Shown piece after piece: positions 1 through 10,475 of a stretch of 64,000 bases of DNA. How positions within the stretch are numbered: the first letter of the stretch is position 1; each line of letters opens with the position of its first letter. The translations under genes were made by a program, and so were the position numbers. The notes under the pieces are model-generated. The model had not been told where the DNA came from, did not search any database, and was given only the letters and a program-made list of their open reading frames with translations. This DNA is from Nitrospirales bacterium. Its GTDB lineage: Bacteria > Nitrospirota > Nitrospiria > Nitrospirales > UBA8639. The stretch lies in NCBI GenBank assembly GCA_965223295.1, contig CBDCWC010000003.1:256001-320000 (forward strand). Reading direction: 5' to 3'.

Positions 1-966
1 TGGGATGGATCTAATGCACCACATTCTCTGAATGAAACTGCCAGCAGTCGGCGGACCACCAAAATTCTCAATCATGCACGGTCAGACTCTATAACATTTA
101 TCGACCTTGAACGCACCAATTCAGATGGATATTCGGCCCGTCGGCAAGTAGTATATGTCGTCCCAAGCCTTTGGTTCATTCTTGACAATGTTTCCGGTAA
201 TACAGGAAGTCGAACAGTTTGGAATACAGCTAGCAACATCCATCTGATTGAAAATAGAGGCTCGGGTGCCGTGAAATCATACACCCTTCACTCAAGGAAA
301 ACTGATGCAAATCTAGAAACGTTTTTTTGGGGATCAGCAGGGAGTAAAATTACTACTGTTCAAGGGGGCATGGAACCCTTTGCTGGGTGGGAAGTTCTTG
401 CATTCAGACCAACACCTACTTCTGCCGTTGTTGTCGAGCAACCGCCCAAAGAGGCATGGTCAGCTGCGGCCTGGGCTTGGCATAGCAATGAAACCGAGGG
501 TTCTATCCAATTTCACACCGCCCCTTCGATGAAGGATTGGAATGGTGCTGAAAAATGGGAAGTCGACCTCCCAATTAAATCTGGAGGGATGACTATCGCA
601 CGAAAGGGCAAGCAAATAGTTCTTCAAGATTTTCATGACAAAACCAAGATTCACACCTTAAAGCTCAGCCCACCGCCAAACATTCGTGAAAACGTCGCCA
701 ACATACACAGAAGCTTTTCAAAAACCGCAAGCAAGCACCAAAAATTCAAGGATTTTTATGGCTATCGGCTAAGATTTTCTTGGATATTATGCGCTCTTTT
801 GATACTACAAGAAGTATTGTTTTTCGCCGTTAAAAAATCCCAAAAGACACAGCGCGCTAACATCCTAGCCCTCATAGCTCTAACTTGGACGGTTACTGTT
901 GCACTAACCACATTCTTTAATCAGATTTTAGAATTCTCCAAAAATGTAGCTGAAGGGCTAAACTAG
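1..966 (+). CDS. 5'-truncated protein with C-terminal membrane anchor; possibly the C-terminal part of a heparinase II/III-family protein
   Basis: Frame 1 is open from base 1 (WDGSNAPHS...YSARRQVVYVVPSLWFILDNVSG...) into the 271..966 ORF. The RRQVVYV..WFILD segment resembles the heparinase II/III C-terminal beta-sandwich. Two hydrophobic helices at the C-terminus. Family call tentative. Confidence 0.45.
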   Translation, partial: WDGSNAPHSLNETASSRRTTKILNHARSDSITFIDLERTNSDGYSARRQVVYVVPSLWFILDNVSGNTGSRTVWNTASNIHLIENRGSGAVKSYTLHSRKTDANLETFFWGSAGSKITTVQGGMEPFAGWEVLAFRPTPTSAVVVEQPPKEAWSAAAWAWHSNETEGSIQFHTAPSMKDWNGAEKWEVDLPIKSGGMTIARKGKQIVLQDFHDKTKIHTLKLSPPPNIRENVANIHRSFSKTASKHQKFKDFYGYRLRFSWILCALLILQEVLFFAVKKSQKTQRANILALIALTWTVTVALTTFFNQILEFSKNVAEGLN

Positions 967-1179
967 CAATTCTCCTACTATTCATATGGGCCATATTAGG
1001 CATTCAGGCGGTATACCTGCTTATATCTTTCAAGAGATTGCCCTTGTTCTTTGTTGGTTTTATATGAGTATACTAAAGACTATATTTCTCGAAAATCATG
1101 GCGAGTCCAATCACATTCTTGACAATCATGTAGCACGAATTCCTTCAGTCATTCACACTATTGGCCTCATAATCTGAAA

Positions 1180-1195
1180 TGGTAACACGCTTGCA
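1180..1195 (+). promoter_or_regulatory. Putative sigma-54 (-24/-12) promoter upstream of the GT2 gene
   Basis: TGGTAACACGCTTGCA has GG-N10-GC spacing and a TTGCA -12 box, in an intergenic region ~215 bp before the ATG at 1409. Confidence 0.35.
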
Positions 1196-1408
1196 AAATT
1201 GACAACATACTCATCTATTTAAACTTCGTATCTGGTGGAAAATTCCTGCATATGTCCTTTTCAAATATGATTCGACACACGGAAAGGTTAAGCCTTCTTC
1301 AACTTACCCATTTGTCAACGCTAATAAAAGTAAAAGCACTCGTAAACTTATAGATATGGCCACCTCTCCAAATGATTAAAACAATTCATATACTAAAGAT
1401 TTAGCACC

Positions 1409-2317
1409 ATGCCCAAAAATTCATGTGTCTCTATAGGCATTCCCGTATACAATGGAGAGAGATTTCTTAAAGAAACATTAGACTCTCTTCTCGCCCAAAC
1501 ATTTGAGGATTTGGAAATCATTATTTCAGACAATGCATCTACCGACCAAACAGAATCTATTTGCCGTTTCTATACAGAAAAGGATTCCAGAATTCGATAT
1601 GTGAAAAATCAGAGAAATATGGGGGCAGCATACAACTACAACCATACATTCGAACTCTCTTCTGGAAAATATTTTAAGTGGGCAGCAGCCGATGACCTCT
1701 GTGCTCCGAACTATATAGAGAAATGCGTCGCCTCACTCGAGAGACGCTCAGAAGTTGTTCTGTGTTATTCGAGAGCCACGCTGATCGATGAATACGGACA
1801 ATGCATTCGACAAGCCAATATCGATCCTAATCTCGACTTACCATCAGTGACATCTCGTTTTCATCGCGGAGTATGCAATATTAGCCATTGCAATGCCGTA
1901 CTAGGAGTCATTCGCACAGATATTCTAAAGAAGACGCGATTAATTCAAAATTTTACTCCTTCTGATAAAGTACTACTGCTCGAGCTTCTCCTCTATGGGC
2001 CTTTCATTGAACTCTCTGAATATCTCTTCTTTCGAAGACTACATCCAGCAGCTTCTGGTCATATTAAAACAATCGAAGCTCAGCAGGAATTCTATGACCC
2101 TGAAACCAAAGGCAAAATATTTTTATTTGCTTGGAACTTTCTTTTTCAAAAACTCATGATTGTGAAGGATGCTCCCTTCGGTCCAAGCCAAAAAATGCGA
2201 ATGTTTTTAAGTATCGCAAGAAGAATGCTAACGGATCGAAAACGATTACTGACAGAACCTCTAATTGGGTTGATGCTGCTTTTCGGCATGAAAGCTACAT
2301 CAAAAACAGAGATCTGA
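1409..2317 (+). CDS. Glycosyltransferase family 2
   Basis: VSIGIPVYNGERFL, IISDNASTD, YFKWAAADD motifs. Confidence 0.93.
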   Translation: MPKNSCVSIGIPVYNGERFLKETLDSLLAQTFEDLEIIISDNASTDQTESICRFYTEKDSRIRYVKNQRNMGAAYNYNHTFELSSGKYFKWAAADDLCAPNYIEKCVASLERRSEVVLCYSRATLIDEYGQCIRQANIDPNLDLPSVTSRFHRGVCNISHCNAVLGVIRTDILKKTRLIQNFTPSDKVLLLELLLYGPFIELSEYLFFRRLHPAASGHIKTIEAQQEFYDPETKGKIFLFAWNFLFQKLMIVKDAPFGPSQKMRMFLSIARRMLTDRKRLLTEPLIGLMLLFGMKATSKTEI

Positions 2318-2368
2318 AAACTCTGAAACTGAGTGAGCTTCAATTTTCTTAGATGATCTCATAGTCTT

Positions 2369-3397
2369 ATGCGAGTTCTTGCCGTTACAAATATGTACCC
2401 CACGCCCGAAAATCCGACATTAGGAACGTTTGTGCAACAACAGCTTCAAGGGCTTGAAGCCTTTGGACTTGAGGTGGATGTGCTATGCGTGAAACGCGTC
2501 GAGCAAGGGAGAAAAACCTATCGAGAGCTTGGGAAAGCTCTTTCTACAAAAATAGCAGAATTCAACCCTGATATCGTACATGCATTATATGGAGGACTCC
2601 TCGCAGAAACTGTAACGAGAATCGTCAAAGATCGTCCAGTACTTGTTTCATTCTGTGGAACAGATCTCCTTGGAGGTTCGTTTTTTAACTTTTTTAAACG
2701 AATCACTGTCCGCCTAGGAGTATTTGCATCCTATTTAGCTGCCAAAAGAGCAGATGGCATCATAGTAAAGTCCCAAAACCTGAGAGCGGCTCTCCCTAAA
2801 AACATTGACGGACAAAAGGTGTGGATCATCCCCAATGGTGTGGATTTAGATCGTTTTCAACCACAGGATCGCGTAACAGCTTGCTCTCAGCTAGGTTGGG
2901 ACGCTAGTCGCTTCAACGTTTTGTTTGCAGATAAAGCCCACCGTCCACACAAAAGATTTGGACTCGCTAAACTAGCTGGAGAAAAATTAATCGCCAATGG
3001 AGTCCCTTTAAAACTAAAAATTCTTACAGGGGTCCCACATCACGAAGTTTCTACTTGGTTAAATGCAAGCAATGTGCTCTTACTAACTTCTTATCAAGAG
3101 GGGTCGCCAAATATCGTAAAAGAGGCCCTTGCCTGTAACCGTCCTGTCGTCTCTCTTGATGTTGGAGATGTCAAGGAGCGCATTCACGATCTCGAGGGGT
3201 GTTATATCGCTGAACCAACTCCTTCTGATTTAGCTGAAAAACTGATGCATGTATATAATGGGCCCGGCGTTACACCAGGACGTTCAAAGATGATGAACTT
3301 ATCCTTAGATCGAGTTGCGCAACAACTGCTTGACATTTACCAAACCATCCGCGAGGGGAAAGATACATCCGGGTGCACACGACAGGCTACACGTTGA
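2369..3397 (+). CDS. Glycosyltransferase family 4 (TuaC-like)
   Basis: VTNMYP..GTFV N-terminus, IPNGVD, EGSPNIVKEALACNRPVV (EX7E) motif. Confidence 0.92.
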   Translation: MRVLAVTNMYPTPENPTLGTFVQQQLQGLEAFGLEVDVLCVKRVEQGRKTYRELGKALSTKIAEFNPDIVHALYGGLLAETVTRIVKDRPVLVSFCGTDLLGGSFFNFFKRITVRLGVFASYLAAKRADGIIVKSQNLRAALPKNIDGQKVWIIPNGVDLDRFQPQDRVTACSQLGWDASRFNVLFADKAHRPHKRFGLAKLAGEKLIANGVPLKLKILTGVPHHEVSTWLNASNVLLLTSYQEGSPNIVKEALACNRPVVSLDVGDVKERIHDLEGCYIAEPTPSDLAEKLMHVYNGPGVTPGRSKMMNLSLDRVAQQLLDIYQTIREGKDTSGCTRQATR

Positions 3398-3464
3398 CCT
3401 TCTAGTTTGTTAGCTGTCAGAGATCGTATACATCGGATGACTCATTAGTTTCTCAGGACTGTAT

Positions 3465-4361
3465 ATGTTACCCACTTTTATTGGAATTGGCCCAGGCCGC
3501 ACGGGAACGTCCATGCTCTATGAGCTTTTACTTGAGCATCCTGAAGTATCACTAGCTAATGGAACAAAAGAAACTAGTTTTTTTACTTTCGAGTATCATA
3601 AAGGAATTAATTGGTACCAAAATTTTTTCAGATCTTCGACAAACGCAAAAGCTATTGGTGAAATCTCCACCTCATACTTCTATGATGAAAGAGCTCCTGA
3701 GCGAATTTGTGAAATTCTGCCAAAAGCACGATTATTCACCTGTCTTCGAGATCCTTATGAGAGACTACATTCCGTATATATCTATAGAAAACGATCCAAG
3801 CAAATTCCTCATGACATGCCTTTAGAGAAAGCTCTGTCTATTTACCCAGATCTCATATACGACAATTGTTATTACACTCATTTAAACCGATATTTCTCAC
3901 TCTTCCCAAAAGAGCAAATCTGTGTTTTGCTATATGATGATTTGGTAGCTACACCACAACACTTTGTTCAAAAACTCCTGTCGTTCATTGGTGCCAATCC
4001 AGACTTCACGTCCACTGTCATCAACCAACGAATTAATGCTAGCTCAGTGCCACGATCACAGTTAATAGGCTACCTCGCTGCATTTACAGCAAACTCCTTG
4101 CGGAAAACCGGTTTCTTGAGAGTTTTAGACATCTTAAAGCGATCAAGCTATGTCAGGAAAACTGTCCTAAAACCAACCGACGAAGTCACCCGTGATCCAT
4201 CAGTATGCTTACAATATAGTACCCTGCAAAAACTGAGGGAAGTATGGGAGCCACAGATAAGGGCGATTGAACAGGTGGTTGGTCGTTCACTTCAACACTG
4301 GCTCAATAAGCCGTACGAAAACATTTTAGCTAGCAAGAAATCTACAGCAGATTCTTGTTGA
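3465..4361 (+). CDS. PAPS-dependent sulfotransferase
   Basis: 5'-PSB loop LPTFIGIGPGRTGTS, KETSFF, GEISTSY and 3'-PB motif LRDPYERLHS. Confidence 0.92.
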   Translation: MLPTFIGIGPGRTGTSMLYELLLEHPEVSLANGTKETSFFTFEYHKGINWYQNFFRSSTNAKAIGEISTSYFYDERAPERICEILPKARLFTCLRDPYERLHSVYIYRKRSKQIPHDMPLEKALSIYPDLIYDNCYYTHLNRYFSLFPKEQICVLLYDDLVATPQHFVQKLLSFIGANPDFTSTVINQRINASSVPRSQLIGYLAAFTANSLRKTGFLRVLDILKRSSYVRKTVLKPTDEVTRDPSVCLQYSTLQKLREVWEPQIRAIEQVVGRSLQHWLNKPYENILASKKSTADSC

Positions 4362-4662
4362 TGACGTGAGGGCACGTGAGGCAACCAAATAATGCGAAAA
4401 ATGGCACACCTGCTTTTTTGTATTTCACCAACAAATACCCACACCCACGACAATCCCTTTACTTCGAAGACGTGCAACATATTAACTAAAAACGACCTTG
4501 TCAGGGTCATTGAGATAACACGTTCCACGACAGCAAAGAGAAATCATGAAAGACGATGACCACAAACATCAAACACACTTTCGTATTGCATGATCTCCGA
4601 CTCTAAGCATCACCTTTGACAAACCATCGATTGCATTCACCAACAAAATATGGGTCAAGCAA

Positions 4663-5937
4663 GTGCACAACGAATGTCATACAATAAGGCCTCAGAAGCT
4701 AACGCAACATCGAACGACAAGATTTGAACAGTTTCTACTAATCGTTACCGTCTCGATACTACCGTTACAGGCACATCTTCCTACAATTGGAGGAGCAAGC
4801 ATATTATTTATCCTCTTTGGTATTTTAGGGGTCTTTCTTTTATTGCTTAGACAACAATTTCTGTTTCGAACACTAATTCACCCTGTATTTTTGAGCACAT
4901 ATGCACTGGTAGGCATTGGCTTCTTCATGGAGCTTGTTAATAATAGCACTGGCTTTTTTGAATTGGTACGCATTGGCTTCATGATCATCGGAGGCATTGT
5001 CATCGCATCATTTTGTAGAGACGGGAAAGCCCTACTGTATGGAATGTATGGTTTCCTCATTGCCAGCATTTGGCTATCAATCCTACTTTTCATGTCAACC
5101 TATGGTTCACTAAGTTCTGCAAAAGTAGAAAACTTTGAGGAAGCATCTAAGCTTCGCTCTCGTGTCTTTGCCGAAAGCCCGATTTACCAGAGTCCCAACA
5201 CAATGGCAGCCTTCACTGCCCAGGGTTCAGTGGTCGCTCTTGCCCTAGCGCTTACAGCAAGAGGGTATTACCGCCGATATGTGTTTCTGGGCACAACTAT
5301 TTTTTGTTCCATCGCCACTTTGTTACCAATGTCCAGAGGTGGCGTAGGAATCCTTCTCATCTCGTGTGCTGCTATTCTACACACCTATGGATTTAGGCAC
5401 TTAAGAGTGCTGTTAACTATTGTGGTCTTGGCCATCGGGATGCTGCTCTGGGTACCGGACGTCATATATAAACGCATGACGTTCTCGATGGATAACCCGC
5501 GTGGCGAAAAAGTTGAAGGACGATCTCGCGTATATTCCGCAGCCATTGACCATTTGCCGGAATATCTATTGACTGGTGTGGGAATAAGTAATTTTTATGG
5601 AAAATGGGGTAAACAGAGCGGCTTCGCTAACAGCCGGGGCATGGTTGCAGGAAGTCACAATTGCTTTACGCAGGTGACTCTCTACTGGGGACTCCCGGGA
5701 CTTTTAGGATTACTAACCATCATGTGGCAAGCGTACACTTGCGTGCCAAAAACCAATAAAAGCGATCCCTTAGTCTTGTGTTTGATTGGGATTTCCGTAT
5801 CCGTATTGGTTCTCTCACTCGTGATGCACCACCTCTTTGCAAAAGAATTTTCACTAGTACTAGGGATGTTAGTCGGAACAAATCTTTGGATCTCACGCCG
5901 TCGGACCAACAATCCCCAACTAGACAAAGTTTCGTAG
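4663..5937 (+). CDS. O-antigen ligase / Wzy polymerase-family membrane protein
   Basis: About 10-12 TM helices, SRGG motif, periplasmic R..Y...LLTGVG..SHN motif. Start codon uncertain. Confidence 0.85.
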   Translation: MHNECHTIRPQKLTQHRTTRFEQFLLIVTVSILPLQAHLPTIGGASILFILFGILGVFLLLLRQQFLFRTLIHPVFLSTYALVGIGFFMELVNNSTGFFELVRIGFMIIGGIVIASFCRDGKALLYGMYGFLIASIWLSILLFMSTYGSLSSAKVENFEEASKLRSRVFAESPIYQSPNTMAAFTAQGSVVALALALTARGYYRRYVFLGTTIFCSIATLLPMSRGGVGILLISCAAILHTYGFRHLRVLLTIVVLAIGMLLWVPDVIYKRMTFSMDNPRGEKVEGRSRVYSAAIDHLPEYLLTGVGISNFYGKWGKQSGFANSRGMVAGSHNCFTQVTLYWGLPGLLGLLTIMWQAYTCVPKTNKSDPLVLCLIGISVSVLVLSLVMHHLFAKEFSLVLGMLVGTNLWISRRRTNNPQLDKVS

Positions 5938-6078
5938 AATAATCAGCTACAATTTACAGGCCTTTATCATAGTTCAATAGATCTGTTCTCAGTAAGGAAT
6001 GGAGATTCTCAAACATTACTTACCTACACACTTGAGGACTCTTTTACAAGTTCCTTTGTTCTTCATGAAAAAAACAAT

Positions 6079-7170
6079 ATGAAATGCTGTCTACTCTACC
6101 TTATTGGTCAACTGCGTCCAGGAGGACAAGAGCAACAACTCTGTCATTTGTTACATGCATTAGATCGTAAGCGTTATAGACCAGTTGTCGCTGTTTGGAA
6201 CTATTCCGAACACGATATCAATCTGGCAAAAATTCGCTCACTCGATGTTCCCGTATATCCCCTCTCAAGCTCACCATCGCCCACCACGAAGTTTTTGCAA
6301 TTTCGCAAGCTTGTGAAAAAATTGCAACCAGAAGTTGTGCATTCTTATAGCTTTTGGACAAATAGTATTGCGTATATGGGAGCAAAAGGGTTAAGAGCTC
6401 TTTCCATAGGTTCCGTGCGAAGTGACTTAGTTCGACTAAAAAAGAAAACCGGTCCTTTGATAGGACACTTGAACGCACGCTGGCCAAGACAGCAAATCTA
6501 CAATAGTTTTTCCGCTGCGCGGACTGCTTCATCTATAAACAGTTTCTTTGTTCCACGTTGTATATATGTCGTTCCGAATGGCCTTGATCTTGACCATTAT
6601 CAACCGACTCCTATTCAAGACACTCCGCAAGGCGTAGCGCTTGGAGTCGGCTCACTGATTTCAGTGAAGCGATGGGACCGGTTACTCAAAGCCACCTTCG
6701 AGTTAAAACGAAAAGGGCATAACTGCTTTGTACAGATAGCTGGAGATGGTCCATTGCGCCAATCCTTAGATCAGGAAGCTCACAATCTTGATCTTGATGG
6801 TAATATCGAATTTCTTGGACATCGAGATGACATTCCTGGATTACTTGCTAGCTCCTTATTCCTTGTTCACACTTCTGACGTCGAGGGTCGCTCGAATGTG
6901 GTTATGGAAGCCATGGCATGCGGGCGGGCCGTTATTGCCACCGATTCCGGAGATATCTCTAAAATGATCGAAGACGGGAAGACCGGATACATTGTCCAAC
7001 GTCAGGACGATGAAGCATTGGTCAAGTGCATGGAAGAGCTTTTTTACAATAGGAATCTATGCCGTATCATGGGTGAAGCTGGACGCGCTAAAGCTGAGAA
7101 AGAGTTTCCGTTGAGTCGCCTTGCACAAGAAACACTAAAAGCGTATAGATCCGCAGGTTGGAAGAATTGA
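6079..7170 (+). CDS. Glycosyltransferase family 4
   Basis: GGQEQQL, VPNGLD, EGRSNVVMEAMACGRAV motifs. Confidence 0.92.
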   Translation: MKCCLLYLIGQLRPGGQEQQLCHLLHALDRKRYRPVVAVWNYSEHDINLAKIRSLDVPVYPLSSSPSPTTKFLQFRKLVKKLQPEVVHSYSFWTNSIAYMGAKGLRALSIGSVRSDLVRLKKKTGPLIGHLNARWPRQQIYNSFSAARTASSINSFFVPRCIYVVPNGLDLDHYQPTPIQDTPQGVALGVGSLISVKRWDRLLKATFELKRKGHNCFVQIAGDGPLRQSLDQEAHNLDLDGNIEFLGHRDDIPGLLASSLFLVHTSDVEGRSNVVMEAMACGRAVIATDSGDISKMIEDGKTGYIVQRQDDEALVKCMEELFYNRNLCRIMGEAGRAKAEKEFPLSRLAQETLKAYRSAGWKN

Positions 7171-7171
7171 T

Positions 7172-9091
7172 ATGTGTGGAATTGCTGGGTGGTTAGGAGT
7201 CCTACCCAATAGTGACAACATAGGACAACGGCTGGCTACTGCGCTAAAACATCGAGGACCAGATTTATTTGGTGTACGTTCTTGGGCTGAGGCCACGCTT
7301 GTTCATACTCGTCTAAGTATCATTGATCTTTCTCCATCTGGGTCTCAACCAATGTCTGACAAGACTCACACTGTCTGGACTGTTTTTAACGGCGAAATCT
7401 ATAACCATCGCCAATTACGAACAGAGTTAGAAAATCAAGGACACAGTTTTCGAGGCCATTCTGACACGGAAATTCTGCCATATCTATACAAAACTGAGGG
7501 ACAAAGCTTCCTTTCCAAATTACGTGGTATGTTTGCTTTCGCAATCTTCGACACTCGAACGAACACCCTTCTATTAGCCCGGGACCGATTTGGGATTAAA
7601 CCTCTTTTTTATTCTCTGGGGAAGAACTACCTTGCGTTTGGAAGTGAAATCAATGCACTGGCTGAAATCCCCGACATTGACTTCCAGATCAATCGCCAAT
7701 CACTCTATGATCTCGCAGGCCTTTCCTTTATTCCCGCCCCAGAAACAGTTTACACCAACATACAAGCGCTTCAGCCTGGTGAACTTATTGTCGCTCAGTT
7801 TGTAAACAATAGTATTGAATGGAAACGGTTCGTATTTCATCGTTGGTCCATGCAACTAGATTATAGCCTGACTCTTGACAAAGCCATCGACATTACTGAG
7901 TCCCTTCTCTCGACTGGTGTCCAACGCCAACTAGAAAGTGATGTTCCTCTTGGCACTCTCCTCAGCGGTGGAATTGATTCTTCTTTAATCAGCGTAGAAG
8001 CTCAAGCCATGACGAATAGTCCGTTACGCACCTTTAATGCACGTTTTTCAGAAGAAACATATGACGAAACATGGGCTGCGGTAGCAGTGGCTAATCACGT
8101 AGGAAGCAATCATCACACATTGCACTTGGATCACTTTACTGGAACCTGGGAAGAAATTACGAACCTCCTTTTGCATGCCGGCCAGCCCTTTGCTGACACT
8201 TCGATTTTTGGGGTACATAAGATATGTCGTGCTATGCGTGAATATGTGACAGTCGCCTTATCGGGAGACGGTGGCGATGAAGGATTTGGAGGATACAATC
8301 TTTACTGGCGACTTGCTCAACTCGTTCACCTGCAAAAAATACCTGCACAGTTTTGGAAGATTGTTACCGCTCTCATACCTCAAACTGAGTTTTGTGGCAT
8401 TAAGCCTGAAGCATATACTCGTCGGCTTCAATCACTCATTAGACCTGACAATACCACTACCGTTCAAAGTTTGTTTTCTTGGATGTCAGAGGACAATCTT
8501 AAGCATCTTTGCTGGGATCAAGATTACCTCCCCATTCGAAGATTCTTTGAGCCACAATGGATCAATGACACTGAGGGAAGTCATTCTCGCCTTGAACGTT
8601 TATCTGGGCACCTGACTGAAATTAACACGCGACTTATCCTCGCCAACGACTTTCTTTTCAAGGTGGACACGGCAAGTATGAAAGAAAGCCTGGAAATCCG
8701 TGTCCCAATGCTAGACGAAGACCTATTCACTTTTGGGCTTTCTCTTCCTCACAAACTCAAGGTAGAAGGCAAAACCTGCAAACGCGTCCTACGAGGTCTT
8801 GCTCAACAGAAACTACCCCCTGCCGTCGCTAATAAAGCCAAACGCGGCTTTGCTGTTCCAGTGGATAAGTGGGTTAACGAAAATTTTAAAAGTTTCCTGA
8901 GCGATACCCTGTTAAATTCGTCCTCTAGGTTATCGACATATTATCGCCCCGAAATCTACCAACCAATCGTTAGAGCCTTCTGCAAAGGAGAATCGTATAA
9001 AGGTCTATCAAGAAAATCTCTATACCGTTGGGTCATACTCTTTTTATCGGTTCACCTAGTAGCCAGTAAACGCCCACCTACTATGAGTTAA
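7172..9091 (+). CDS. asnB: Asparagine synthase (glutamine-hydrolysing)-family amidotransferase, polysaccharide-locus type
   Basis: MCGIAG N-terminal nucleophile, HRGPD, RLSIID, FNGEIYN, LLSGGIDSS, LSGDGGDEGFGGY. Confidence 0.95.
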   Translation: MCGIAGWLGVLPNSDNIGQRLATALKHRGPDLFGVRSWAEATLVHTRLSIIDLSPSGSQPMSDKTHTVWTVFNGEIYNHRQLRTELENQGHSFRGHSDTEILPYLYKTEGQSFLSKLRGMFAFAIFDTRTNTLLLARDRFGIKPLFYSLGKNYLAFGSEINALAEIPDIDFQINRQSLYDLAGLSFIPAPETVYTNIQALQPGELIVAQFVNNSIEWKRFVFHRWSMQLDYSLTLDKAIDITESLLSTGVQRQLESDVPLGTLLSGGIDSSLISVEAQAMTNSPLRTFNARFSEETYDETWAAVAVANHVGSNHHTLHLDHFTGTWEEITNLLLHAGQPFADTSIFGVHKICRAMREYVTVALSGDGGDEGFGGYNLYWRLAQLVHLQKIPAQFWKIVTALIPQTEFCGIKPEAYTRRLQSLIRPDNTTTVQSLFSWMSEDNLKHLCWDQDYLPIRRFFEPQWINDTEGSHSRLERLSGHLTEINTRLILANDFLFKVDTASMKESLEIRVPMLDEDLFTFGLSLPHKLKVEGKTCKRVLRGLAQQKLPPAVANKAKRGFAVPVDKWVNENFKSFLSDTLLNSSSRLSTYYRPEIYQPIVRAFCKGESYKGLSRKSLYRWVILFLSVHLVASKRPPTMS

Positions 9092-9092
9092 G

Positions 9093-9143
9093 AGAAGTGG
9101 TCCCCGATTTTTGGACAGCCGGATAAGTGAAGATTCTACCTGC
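9093..9143. mobile_element. Orphan IS3-like terminal remnant
   Basis: AGAAGTGGTCCCCGATTTTTGGACAG resembles IS3-family termini and the MITE end at 10375 (AGTGG.CCCC.......GAC). No partner end or ORF found. Confidence 0.45.
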
Positions 9144-9171
9144 CGACGTTGCCCCCGTTTTGAGACAGATC

Positions 9172-10040
9172 TTAACCAGAATAGATGGTGACTTCAGCTG
9201 CCTGGCTCTCCTGACGTTGGTTCAAAAACTCATTCGGTGTCAGATGCCCGAGTGAGCTATGGGGACGGTGTTGATTATAGTCCAGCCGCCAGACTTCAAT
9301 GATCGCTCGCGCGTCATCGAGTGACCGGAACTGGTGGACGTTGAGACACTCGTCTCGCAATCGCCCGTTAAACGATTCAATGAAGGCGTTTTCGACTGGT
9401 TTGCCGGGGCGAATGAAGTCGAGCTGAACCCCTTGCCGATACGCCCACTCTTCCAACGCTCGCGATTGGAATTCGGTGCCATGATCTACCGTGATGAACG
9501 CGGTCGAGCACTAGCGCCGACGACTCGATCAAGCGCCTGCCCAACGCTCTCGCCTGACATTCGAAAACCCGCCTCAAGTACGGGTGCGTGCCGACTCCAG
9601 TTGTCGACGACCGTGAGCATCCGAAATGGGCGGCCATCGCCCAGCGTATCATGCACAAAATCCATACTCCAGCGCTCATTCGGTTGTACCGGAGTGGGTG
9701 CCGGCCCGCGGTGCAACGCCATGTGTTTGCGTCGGCGGACCCGCATCCGAAGTTGTAACCCTTCCAGACGATAGAGGCGCCGCACGCGCTTCCGATTCAC
9801 GACCCACCCTTCCCGCCGCAAGAGGACCCAAATCCGCAGGTACCCAAACCGTGGACGGGCATGTGCGAGATCACGAATACGGAGACGTAAGGCGGATTGG
9901 TCTTTCGCCTGGCTTCGTCGATACCAGGCCGATCGAGTAAGCTGCGCTAAGCGACAGGCCCGCACACCACTCACCGAGAATGTCTGCTGAAACCACTGGG
10001 CCAATTCTCGGCGGCGGGCGGGCCTCAGGCTTTTTTTCGT
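9172..10040 (-). pseudogene. IS3 transposase OrfB (DDE integrase core) with internal frameshift near 9495
   Basis: WSMDFVHD in one frame; ITVDHGTEF...[18 protein letters not shown] in another. One missing base at CGT TC ATC ACG splits the ORF. Confidence 0.85.
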
Positions 10041-10291
10041 AAGGCCTCCGACAGCATATGTTTATCCAATGAGAGATCGGCCACCAAGCGCTTCAATCGC
10101 GTGTTTTCTTCCTCCAACTGCCGCAACCGGCGGAGTTCCGTCACTCCGAGATGCGCATACTTCTTTTTCCAGGCATACAATGTGGCCTCACTGACGCCCA
10201 GTTGGCGACAGACGTCGCCTACAGGTGTGCCCCCTTCGCTTTGCCGAAGGGCATAGATGACTTGCTCCTCCGAGAATTTGGACCGCTTCAT
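10025..10291 (-). CDS. IS3 transposase OrfA (HTH)
   Basis: MKRSKFSEEQVIYAL...LSEALRKKA; ends at an A7G slippery run (CGA AAA AAA GCC TGA). Confidence 0.9.
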   Translation of the reverse strand: MKRSKFSEEQVIYALRQSEGGTPVGDVCRQLGVSEATLYAWKKKYAHLGVTELRRLRQLEEENTRLKRLVADLSLDKHMLSEALRKKA

Positions 10292-10374
10292 GGCCCCCCT
10301 CCTTTCCGTTCGGACTGCCGAAACGGCCATCGTACTCCAGTTTTAAGCTGTCGTCGATTTTGGGGGAGAGGTCA

Positions 10375-10474
10375 ATAGTGGACCCCATTGTCAAGACCAT
10401 ATAATACGTAAAAACCATGAATAAAAGCTTACTTATTTTGCAACATCTGTAGTCTTGACAATGGGGTCCACTAT
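10375..10474. mobile_element. 100-bp MITE-like element with perfect 23-bp terminal inverted repeats
   Basis: ATAGTGGACCCCATTGTCAAGAC (10375-10397) and its exact reverse complement GTCTTGACAATGGGGTCCACTAT (10452-10474) around an AT-rich core. Confidence 0.8.
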
Positions 10475-10475
10475 A

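Larger units (their letters stand above)
9144..10374 (-). mobile_element. IS3-family element (~1.23 kb), transposase frameshifted
   Basis: Imperfect IRs TGACCTCTCCCCCAAAATCGACGACAG (from 10374, minus) and CGACGTTGCCCCCGTTTTGAGACAG (from 9144). orfA/orfB layout. No target duplication visible. Confidence 0.9.

Noticed and set aside
986-1177. 63-aa ORF and similar short ORFs at 27809-28238 and 60695-61190
   Set aside because: AT-rich intergenic sequence with no recognisable domain or convincing RBS.
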